DNA of 32,000 nucleotides from Coprobacillaceae bacterium (GTDB lineage Bacteria > Bacillota_I > Bacilli_A > Erysipelotrichales > Coprobacillaceae): positions 930,001-962,000 of the forward strand of contig OY780959.1 of the NCBI GenBank assembly GCA_963675915.1, given 5' to 3'. The position numbers and the translations under genes are program-made. Below are positions 24,578 through 31,902 of this stretch, one piece after another; the stretch's first letter is position 1, and the number at the start of each line of letters is the position of its first letter. The notes under the pieces were generated by a model. It had not been told where the DNA came from. It ran no database searches and was given only the letters and a program-made list of their open reading frames with translations.

Positions 24578-25121
24578 CTTTGATGTCCATGAATGGTACG
24601 ATCTCCGGCGGATTGTGCATGTGTTCTCCCAGTGATTTTTCCATCCAGATCATGTCGATCCAACTATCGAACTTGTATCCGATCTGATTGAAATGAGCCA
24701 CTTTTTCATAACCCATTTTTTCGTGGAAACTGATGCTGCCTGGATTTGGATATGAGATGCAGGCATTCATATTCAAAATGTTCATTTTTCGACAGACAAC
24801 TTCCAAAATTTCATACAGTTTGCGTCCGATCCCCTGACCCTTGCATTTTTCATCGACATAAACTGATGTTTCAACACTCCATTGATAAGCCGCCCTTGAT
24901 TTGAAAGCTGAAACATAACAATAGCCACAAATCTCCCCATCGATTTTGGCTGTGAAATATGGAAACTTCTTCAAGGTGGTGGCAATTCGATCTTCGAATT
25001 CCTCCAGACTTGGCACACTCAATTCGAACGACACCGTGGTGTTCAAGACATATGGAGCATATATCTCCAACAGTCTTGGTGCATCCTTGAGTTCGACTAC
25101 TTCGATTACAATTTCACTCAT
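24561..25121 (-). CDS. GNAT acetyltransferase of the phosphinothricin / methionine-sulfoximine N-acetyltransferase (PAT/MddA-like) type
   Basis: 186 aa. The N-terminal pattern LEIYAPYVLNTTVSFELSVPSLEEFEDRI resembles the PAT subfamily. The acetyl-CoA motif is VYVDEKCKGQGIGRKLYEIL. The C-terminal region FHEKMGYEKVAHF...GYKFDSWID also fits the PAT subfamily. Confidence 0.75.
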   Translation of the reverse strand: MSEIVIEVVELKDAPRLLEIYAPYVLNTTVSFELSVPSLEEFEDRIATTLKKFPYFTAKIDGEICGYCYVSAFKSRAAYQWSVETSVYVDEKCKGQGIGRKLYEILEVVCRKMNILNMNACISYPNPGSISFHEKMGYEKVAHFNQIGYKFDSWIDMIWMEKSLGEHMHNPPEIVPFMDIKDELFD

Positions 25122-25150
25122 TTAAATTCCCCCTTGTATTTTATTCACCC

Positions 25151-25178
25151 ATTATAGCACCAAATCGGCTGTTTTCAA
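25151..25178 (-). promoter_or_regulatory. Extended -10 sigma-A promoter of the PAT-EamA operon (TTGAAA-16-TGcTATAAT)
   Basis: The minus strand reads TTGAAAacagccgatttggTGCTATAAT, followed by the RBS AAGGGGGA. Confidence 0.7.
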
Positions 25179-25255
25179 GTCCAATTTAGGGAAATATTTG
25201 CACCCTGATCAGACTCGATATCCCCCATCAATTCATTAAAAATCCAATAAAAGTG

Positions 25256-25284
25256 ATTACATCATGATAAATTTTATGTATAAT
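25256..25284 (+). promoter_or_regulatory. Candidate sigma-A promoter of the third M20D gene (ATTACA-17-TATAAT)
   Basis: The plus strand reads ATTACAtcatgataaattttatgTATAAT. The RBS AAGGAGGA follows 24 nt downstream of the -10 box. Confidence 0.55.
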
Positions 25285-25316
25285 AATAAAAAACTATCAT
25301 TCAAGGAGGACTGATC

Positions 25317-26393
25317 ATGCTGGAAATTTTGCGCAAGGAGCTCCATCTTAATCCCGAGTTGTCCAATCAGGAAACCAGGACAATCAAGATTATCCGAAAT
25401 TTTTTGACTCAAAACACTGATTTGGAAGTAATTGAAACGGCCGGGTTCATCTACGCCCGTCATATTGAAGGCCCCGAGTTTCCCACTATCGCTATTCGCG
25501 GCGACATGGATGCCATTTACAACAGCCACGGTGAAGTTTATCATGGCTGCGGTCATGACGGCCACAGTGCCATCATTGCCGGCCTGGCTGTGGCGCTTAA
25601 AAATATAAAAATCAACAAGAATGTGATTTTGATTTTCCAGCCGGCCGAGGAAGTCGGCAGTGGAGCCAAAAAGGTGCTCGAAACCATTACGACTCGAGAA
25701 CAAATCGATGAAATCTATGGGATTCACAATATCCCCGGTTACCAGGAGAATACAATTTTGCTGCGACCCCAAACCATGGCCTGCGCTTCCAAAGGAATGA
25801 TTGTCAGTCTTGTCGGGAAACAGTCCCATGCCGCCTATCCCGATCAGGGCATCAATCCGGCCCCGGTGATCAGTGAGCTGGTTCTGGAGTTGCCAAACCT
25901 GATCAAACGGATCTCTGATGATCAAACCCGGCGGCTGTTGATGGCAACCATTGTCAATATCAATGTCGGTGAACGCAACTTCGGTGTCAACGCCGGAACA
26001 GGCGAACTGGCTTTGACTTTGCGGGCTTATTATCAAGATGACATGCTTAGGTTGCAAGAAGCAATCGAAAAAGCAGTGATTGAAAAATGTTATCACCTCG
26101 AAATTGACTACAACTTTACCTTCGAGGATGAATTCCCCGATACCATCAATGACGAAACTATCCACACCAAACTGATCAGCCTGTTTGATCAAAAAGGCAT
26201 CGCTTATCAACTTCTTGAAGAGCCGATGCGCTGGTCCGAGGATTTTGGTCATTATCTTCACAAGATTCCCGGAGCATTTTTGGGAATTGGGGCCGGAGCA
26301 GACCAGCCGGGACTCCACCTCGATAATTACGAGTTCAACGATCAAATCATCAATCCGGCGATATCTGCCCTGATGACCATAATTGAAGGATAA
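25317..26393 (+). CDS. M20D-family amidohydrolase (N-acyl-L-amino acid amidohydrolase-like), copy 3, shorter form
   Basis: 358 aa. LHLNPELS, GCGHDGH and SHAAYPDQG motifs are present. It has a strong RBS. The 384-aa ORF on the opposite strand (25257-26411) shows no recognisable motif and is treated as a shadow ORF. Confidence 0.85.
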   Translation: MLEILRKELHLNPELSNQETRTIKIIRNFLTQNTDLEVIETAGFIYARHIEGPEFPTIAIRGDMDAIYNSHGEVYHGCGHDGHSAIIAGLAVALKNIKINKNVILIFQPAEEVGSGAKKVLETITTREQIDEIYGIHNIPGYQENTILLRPQTMACASKGMIVSLVGKQSHAAYPDQGINPAPVISELVLELPNLIKRISDDQTRRLLMATIVNINVGERNFGVNAGTGELALTLRAYYQDDMLRLQEAIEKAVIEKCYHLEIDYNFTFEDEFPDTINDETIHTKLISLFDQKGIAYQLLEEPMRWSEDFGHYLHKIPGAFLGIGAGADQPGLHLDNYEFNDQIINPAISALMTIIEG

Positions 26394-26433
26394 AAAAAGG
26401 AGTTTGACCAATTATTGGTTAAACTCTTTTTTT
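26392..26433. terminator. Bidirectional intrinsic terminator between convergent genes
   Basis: AAAAAAAGGAGTTTGACCAattaTTGGTTAAACTCTTTTTTT has an 11-bp stem with one G-T pair. Confidence 0.8.
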
Positions 26434-27034
26434 ATGAATAAACCCGTCCTTCGACAACGGTCTGGAACCGGCCTCTAAAGATATGGAGGAAGCGGTCTTT
26501 GATATAGGAGTTCTTAAAGCCAAGATAATAAGCCGTTCCCATGATCCAGTATTTGATACCGGTCTTCAAAGCTGTGTTGACAATCCGGTAACGTTCAATT
26601 TTTTCAAGTTCGAGAATCCGACTGTCATAAACAATGACTTTTTTGGTGACATAAAAGGCCTCATCGATGATTTCCAGATACAGACAATAAACTCCGCCGA
26701 CCAGAAGCAGTCCCAGATAATGCCCCAAGACGACCAATCCCGCCGCCAAGACAATCAAACAGGCACTCAACAGCAAAGCAATCACCCTGATTTTACTGCC
26801 ATAAACCCAGACTTTCTTATAGTCATTTTTACCAAAGAAATGATGAATCTTCTTTTTCAAATAATGTTCCCGGATCTTCAGCCCAATCAGACAAACCACC
26901 ATGGTCACCAAAGCCAGAATAACCTGGAGAAGACTATGATGAATCTGCGTGGTCACCACCACATACATAATTGCACAGATAACCTCGACCGTAAGATAAA
27001 GCTGATTGCGGGTTAACCCTCTTATTTTATTCAT
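26432..27034 (-). CDS. Uncharacterised membrane protein (about 4 TM plus a roughly 75-aa soluble C-terminal domain)
   Basis: 200 aa. A strong RBS AAGGAGGA lies 5 nt upstream. Its ATG overlaps the stop of the EAL gene (ATGAATAA), which implies translational coupling. Confidence 0.65.
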   Translation of the reverse strand: MNKIRGLTRNQLYLTVEVICAIMYVVVTTQIHHSLLQVILALVTMVVCLIGLKIREHYLKKKIHHFFGKNDYKKVWVYGSKIRVIALLLSACLIVLAAGLVVLGHYLGLLLVGGVYCLYLEIIDEAFYVTKKVIVYDSRILELEKIERYRIVNTALKTGIKYWIMGTAYYLGFKNSYIKDRFLHIFRGRFQTVVEGRVYS

Positions 27035-28730
27035 TTGATTCCTCCTTGATCTGTTTCCCTTGTTTGTTTATTTCATTGAATTCGTGATAATATTTGACAA
27101 AATCTTCCTGTTTTAACGGCTTGGAGTAGTAGTAGCCCTGAATTTTGTCACAGCCAAGCCGCCTGAGAAAATCTATTTGCTCTTTTGTCTCCACCCCTTC
27201 GGCCACCACCTGATTGGAAATCCGATGGGAGGCCGTAATCAGATGCTCAATCAGCACCTGCATTTTGGGCTGGTCAAAGCGGTCGATGAAGAACTTGTCA
27301 ATCTTGATGATATCCATCGGAAACTTCCCGACAGTCATTAGCGAATTGTAGCCGGTGCCAAAATCATCAATGCAAATGAGATAGCCCTTTTCCTTAAGCA
27401 TTGCCATCATCTCACTCATTCCGGCCTCATCACGGGCCAAGACCCGTTCGGTTATTTCAATTGCAATCTTGGAGCGATTAATATTGTTGATTTCAATCAA
27501 TGCCCGGGCCCAGTTGATAAATGATTCATCCATGATCTCATCGCCGGTCAGATTGACTGAAGTGATAATGTCGATACCCTGGCTTTGCATCTTGCGGACA
27601 TTGACCAAATTATGGACTACAACCCATTTGGATATTTCGGTAATCAACCCGATTTTTTCAGCAATAGCGATAAAAACTGCCGGACCGACTGGGGTTTTCT
27701 CCTTACGGTCCCAGCGCAACAATACTTCGGCACTGGTAATCTCATTGGTTTTTAAATCGACGATTGGCTGATAGACCAGATAAAAATCATCGTTTTTGAG
27801 CGCCTGTTTCAAACTTCCGGCAATCTCGTAAGCCTGAATTGTTTCTTGTTCATGTTCGGGAGTATAAAAATAAATCCCCGAGCTTTCATTGATGCCCATA
27901 TCCAACGCAATCAAAGCCCTTTTAAGCAGTTTGGCCACTTCGATCTCGCCCCCTTGATAAGCGACGATTCCAAATTTCAACTCCAAAGCCAGATGAAAAT
28001 CATCAATGCAAAAAGAGGAGAAACTCGAAGATACCAGGTGATGCAATTTATCTTTGATGGAATCGGGGTTATCTTTTTTGACGATAAAAGCATAAGTGTT
28101 GCTTTTTAGATAATAAACGGTCGATCCCTTGAAAGTAGCCGTGACCCGGGCCAAAAAATAGTCAATAACTTTTTTGACCAAGGTTTCACTGACATAGTGT
28201 TCGATGCCCTCAAGATTATTCAAATTGGCAATGATCAGATTGAACTGCTGGCGCTGCTCGATCAGACTTTCCAACAGCGGTTCCAATTTGCGCTCATTGT
28301 AAAGTCCGGTAAATGAATTACGGACAGCTTTATCCTGAACCAGCCGGGTCATTTGGCGATAGCGTGAAAACATGATTGCAAACCCAGTTCCAATCAAACC
28401 GTACATCACCGTTCTGACCACACAGTAGCAGGCGTCTTGAGGATAGCCGAGCGCGACTATCTGAGGCATCATCGGTCCTGAAAGGATTCCACAAATAATG
28501 GCCACAACCAACGCTCCGATAACTTTCCAGAAATATGCCGCCAAGGCAATCGGGATGATATTGAGGATGCTCAGGGTTGTATGGGATCCGCCCAAAAAAT
28601 ACATAAGGTGATAGATGATAATAATAATGAGCTCGATTAGCAAAATTTGAACCCACCTGTTTTTGATAGATGTTTTTCGAAGTCTCGTAACTATTTCCAT
28701 AATTAACCCGCTTTCAAATAAAATAGACAT
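27027..28730 (-). CDS. Membrane-anchored c-di-GMP phosphodiesterase: N-terminal TM sensor, degenerate GGDEF-like domain, EAL domain
   Basis: 567 aa. The EAL-domain motifs are intact: EVLLRW, NLTG, EITE, DDFGTGYNSL, IKIDKFF, VAEGVET and QGYYYSKP. The middle domain begins RNSFTGLYNERK, as GGDEF domains do, but has no GG(D/E)EF motif. The alternative start is the ATG at 28700. Confidence 0.85.
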   Translation of the reverse strand: MSILFESGLIMEIVTRLRKTSIKNRWVQILLIELIIIIIYHLMYFLGGSHTTLSILNIIPIALAAYFWKVIGALVVAIICGILSGPMMPQIVALGYPQDACYCVVRTVMYGLIGTGFAIMFSRYRQMTRLVQDKAVRNSFTGLYNERKLEPLLESLIEQRQQFNLIIANLNNLEGIEHYVSETLVKKVIDYFLARVTATFKGSTVYYLKSNTYAFIVKKDNPDSIKDKLHHLVSSSFSSFCIDDFHLALELKFGIVAYQGGEIEVAKLLKRALIALDMGINESSGIYFYTPEHEQETIQAYEIAGSLKQALKNDDFYLVYQPIVDLKTNEITSAEVLLRWDRKEKTPVGPAVFIAIAEKIGLITEISKWVVVHNLVNVRKMQSQGIDIITSVNLTGDEIMDESFINWARALIEINNINRSKIAIEITERVLARDEAGMSEMMAMLKEKGYLICIDDFGTGYNSLMTVGKFPMDIIKIDKFFIDRFDQPKMQVLIEHLITASHRISNQVVAEGVETKEQIDFLRRLGCDKIQGYYYSKPLKQEDFVKYYHEFNEINKQGKQIKEESNE

Positions 28731-28758
28731 GTGTAACTAATTACTTTATCTTTATTAC

Positions 28759-28787
28759 ATTATATACAAAATGTGTCCAATTAACAA
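28759..28787 (-). promoter_or_regulatory. Candidate sigma-A promoter of the EAL operon (TTGTTA-17-TATAAT)
   Basis: The minus strand reads TTGTTAattggacacattttgtaTATAAT, about 25-30 nt upstream of the ATG at 28730. Confidence 0.5.
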
Positions 28788-28910
28788 CAAACCAAACCTT
28801 AAGATTTTCTTAAAAATGGCTCGTATTTACACATTCCAGTAGATTGAATGTTTAACGGCATGTCAATCTTCAGCCAATAATAAAGAACTTAAAATTTCTA
28901 TTAAGAACTT

Positions 28911-28943
28911 CTAAATAATTCCTAAATATTTTCTAAAGATTGT
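28911..28943 (+). repeat. Three direct repeats phased at exactly 11 nt (CTAAATAATTC / CTAAATATTTT / CTAAAGATTGT)
   Basis: CTAAA begins at 28911, 28922 and 28933. The repeats lie in the 467-bp divergent intergenic region. Confidence 0.6.
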
Positions 28944-29197
28944 CGGTCAAATCTAACCCCATCCAGGATTCACGTTATAATGGTTCAACCGGCTTTGACA
29001 GATAAATACTTTGACTGCGCCCTGCCTAAAATTAAGTGGGACTATGATAAATTAGGTTTATCAATCTTTAAAAACTGTTTACGAATGTTTAATGATTTTA
29101 GATTTTGCCATATTTTCAGTAGCGTGATAAAGGTGTAAAATATCCTACAGGAAAGTGACTGTTGAACGCAAAACCGGCGCGATAAGGAGAAATTGAG

Positions 29198-30658
29198 ATG
29201 AAGAAAAGATGGATAATGATGATGGTGTTTTTTGTTGCAATGATTTTATTTTTCACCATCATCTGGAACAATAACAATTTTGCCCGAGGCACCATCAACC
29301 AGCTGATTTATCATACCAAGTTCACGGGAAAAGGCTCGGATGAAAGTGTCTGGTTGCACTATCTCATCGAGGTAATCTCCCCCAGTGCTGGAATCACCTT
29401 CCTGGCGGTGATGCTGGCAGCCCGGTTTCCCCGTTTGGCGCTGATCAACTCCAAAGTTCGCTTTGTCAATCTTGCCAGTGTTTCGGTAGTTGGTTTGATT
29501 GTCTTTGCAATGGTCAACTATGATGTCGCTCAGTACCTTTATACGCTCACCCAGACAACCACAATCTATGAAGATGAATATCGTGACCCCCACAATACCG
29601 CGATTTCTTTTTCGCAAAAACGCAATCTGGTCTACATCTATCTCGAGTCGGTTGAAAACACCTACTTCTCCACCTCCAATGGCGGAATCAATGAAACCAG
29701 CCTGATGCCCGAGTTGGAATCCCTGGCACTCAAGAATATCAATTTTTCCAATACCAATCAGCTGGGGGGCTGGCTGACTCTCGAAGGGACCCAGTGGACC
29801 ATCGCTTCGATGATTGCCCAGAATTGCGGAATTCCCGTAACATTGAAAATTGATGATGACAAATACGAACCGGGCGAACCCTATCTCGCCGGAGCTGATT
29901 CCCTCGGTCGGATTCTCAATGATTTTGGCTACAACAATGTTTTGCTTAAGGGATCGGATGTCGATTTTGCCGGGACTTCAAACTTTTTCGACTGCCATGG
30001 CGACTACACCATCTATGATTACAAAACCGCCCTGGCCGAGGAGTTCATTCCCGAAGGATACAAGGTGTTTTGGGGCATGGAAGATTCCAAAACTTATCAG
30101 TACGCCACCACAATCCTCGAAAAAATCTCCCAGGAGGACCAGCCGTTCAACTTTGTGATGGAAACTGCCAATACCCATACTCCTGCAGGTTATCTTGAAC
30201 CAGGAGTCCCGGAACCCTACGATGATCAGTATTCCAATGTCATCGCAGATGCATCAACCCAGATCATGGCTTTTCTTGATTACCTGAAAGATCAGGACTA
30301 TTATCAAAATACCACCGTCATCATTGTCGGTGATCATCTGAGCATGTATGACGAGTATTTTGACGACATTGATGAAACCTATCTTAGGACCCCGGTCAAT
30401 CTGATCATCAACTCCCCGGCTACACCTCAGTTAACCACCAACCGCCTCTTTAGCGCCGTTGATATGTTTCCAACCACTATCGCGGCCATCGGCGGAGTCA
30501 TTGAAGGCGACCGTCTTGGACTGGGCGTCAATCTTTTCAGTGATCAAAAGACCCTGATTGAAAAATACGGTTTTGGTTATCTTAACCGGGAAATCCAGAA
30601 ATCATCCGATTTCTATGAACGAAACTTTGTCGCTCCAGACTGTTGTCCCTGCAAGTAA
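29198..30658 (+). CDS. Sulfatase-fold phosphoglycerol transferase (OpgB/MdoB- or LtaS-like), 3 N-terminal TM segments
   Basis: 486 aa. The metal/nucleophile region is IYLESVEN ... LEGTQWTIASMIAQNCGIP. The GDH motif (IIVGDHLSM) is present. The RBS is AAGGAGA. Confidence 0.8.
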   Translation: MKKRWIMMMVFFVAMILFFTIIWNNNNFARGTINQLIYHTKFTGKGSDESVWLHYLIEVISPSAGITFLAVMLAARFPRLALINSKVRFVNLASVSVVGLIVFAMVNYDVAQYLYTLTQTTTIYEDEYRDPHNTAISFSQKRNLVYIYLESVENTYFSTSNGGINETSLMPELESLALKNINFSNTNQLGGWLTLEGTQWTIASMIAQNCGIPVTLKIDDDKYEPGEPYLAGADSLGRILNDFGYNNVLLKGSDVDFAGTSNFFDCHGDYTIYDYKTALAEEFIPEGYKVFWGMEDSKTYQYATTILEKISQEDQPFNFVMETANTHTPAGYLEPGVPEPYDDQYSNVIADASTQIMAFLDYLKDQDYYQNTTVIIVGDHLSMYDEYFDDIDETYLRTPVNLIINSPATPQLTTNRLFSAVDMFPTTIAAIGGVIEGDRLGLGVNLFSDQKTLIEKYGFGYLNREIQKSSDFYERNFVAPDCCPCK

Positions 30659-30797
30659 GCTTAAAATAGCCAAGTCCCTTTGGATTTGGCTATTTTTATA
30701 TTGATTACCAATCACCAATCAATTATGATGTAGGTAACGAATGTGAATTTAATTACAGCCAGTGATTATATTCCAGTTAGGAAAGGTGGAGTGGCCA

Positions 30798-31853
30798 ATG
30801 ATCAAGAATACATATCACGGTATTGATTTCATGAAGTTCATCTGTGCCTTTTTGGTAATAGCCGTCCATACCGATATCTTCAGCGACATCAATCCCGACC
30901 TGCGCTTTGTGGTAGTCCATATTCTGGCCCGGATTGCAGTTCCCTTTTTCAGTGTGTGTGCCGGCTATTTCTTCACCGCTAAGATGGCTCGGGTCGAAAA
31001 CCCGTCCCGGTATGCCAAAACTTATCTCAAACGGCTTTTGTTGCTTTATCTAGGCTGGAGTCTGGTCTATTTCGCCTATGACTTCATCTATATCCTCAAT
31101 TACATCGATCCCCCAGTAGTCTTCTATAGTGCCAACAGTTTCATTGATGCCATCTTGAAGTATCTGGTTTTGTTTGTGTTCTTCGGCAGCCATTATCATC
31201 TCTGGTTCATTCCGGCTTTGATTTTGGCAATTGCTTTGCTGTATCTGGCTATCAGATTCAATAAGATCGCCCTATTTGCAGTTATTTCAGGTCTTTGTTA
31301 TCTTTTTGGCTTATCAGGCAATTCCTATTATGGACTAAACGGGCAGATCAAAGGGCTCCGTCCGATTTACGAGACTTATTTCCAGGTAATGTTCACCACC
31401 AGAAATGGCCTTTTTTTCGCCTTTGGCTTTGTCATGATGGGGGCATTGCTCTATTATTTGCCCGCCAAGTTAAACAGCAGAACCTATCTCATTGGCTATC
31501 TGGTTGCAACCGCAATGCTTATTGGCGAGGTTTTGACGTTACGGACATTCGGGCTTCTCTATGATGTTGACATGTATGTAATGATGATCCCGGCGGCCTG
31601 GTTTGTCTTTAGGTATCTTGCCTCTTACAACCCCGAAAAAAGACTCCTGGAACGGTTTGACTTCCGGCGCTATTCAATTGGAATATACTTTATCCACGGC
31701 CTTTTTATCATCCTGTATCACCAAATCTTGGAACTGGCGGGGTTGGAAAACGCCGGAACCTTGGTTTTCCTGTTGGTATCGCTTAGCTCAATGGGCGTTA
31801 TCTGGCTTACTCAACGATTCCAGATTCCCTATCTGGTCAAACTGGTCCAATAA
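30798..31853 (+). CDS. Acyltransferase family 3 integral membrane protein (OatA/OpgC-like O-acyltransferase)
   Basis: The N-terminal motif GIDFMKFICAFLVIAVH is typical of acyltransferase-3 proteins, and there are about 10 TM segments. I prefer the ATG at 30798, which follows the RBS GGAAAGGTGGAG. The track start at 30762 is a GTG with no RBS. Confidence 0.8.
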   Translation: MIKNTYHGIDFMKFICAFLVIAVHTDIFSDINPDLRFVVVHILARIAVPFFSVCAGYFFTAKMARVENPSRYAKTYLKRLLLLYLGWSLVYFAYDFIYILNYIDPPVVFYSANSFIDAILKYLVLFVFFGSHYHLWFIPALILAIALLYLAIRFNKIALFAVISGLCYLFGLSGNSYYGLNGQIKGLRPIYETYFQVMFTTRNGLFFAFGFVMMGALLYYLPAKLNSRTYLIGYLVATAMLIGEVLTLRTFGLLYDVDMYVMMIPAAWFVFRYLASYNPEKRLLERFDFRRYSIGIYFIHGLFIILYHQILELAGLENAGTLVFLLVSLSSMGVIWLTQRFQIPYLVKLVQ

Positions 31854-31855
31854 AT

Positions 31856-31902
31856 CAAAAAAAGTGATTGGAGATCAATTAAAGATCAGCCAATCACTTT
31901 TT
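31856..31902. terminator. Bidirectional intrinsic terminator
   Basis: AAAAAAAGTGATTGGagatcaattaaagatcagCCAATCACTTTTT has a 9-bp stem with an inner GATC/GATC pairing. Confidence 0.75.

Noticed and set aside
25257-26411. 384-aa ORF on the minus strand, longer than the annotated plus-strand gene
   Set aside because: It lies exactly antisense to an ORF with clear M20D motifs (GCGHDGH and others), a strong RBS and a promoter. Its own product has no recognisable motif and an odd composition. It is a typical shadow ORF.
28788-29197. c-di-GMP riboswitch (GEMM) between the EAL gene and the OpgB-like gene
   Set aside because: No conserved GEMM-I or GEMM-II sequence blocks are recognisable by eye. The region is mostly AT-rich repeats. 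Only a covariance-model scan could settle it.
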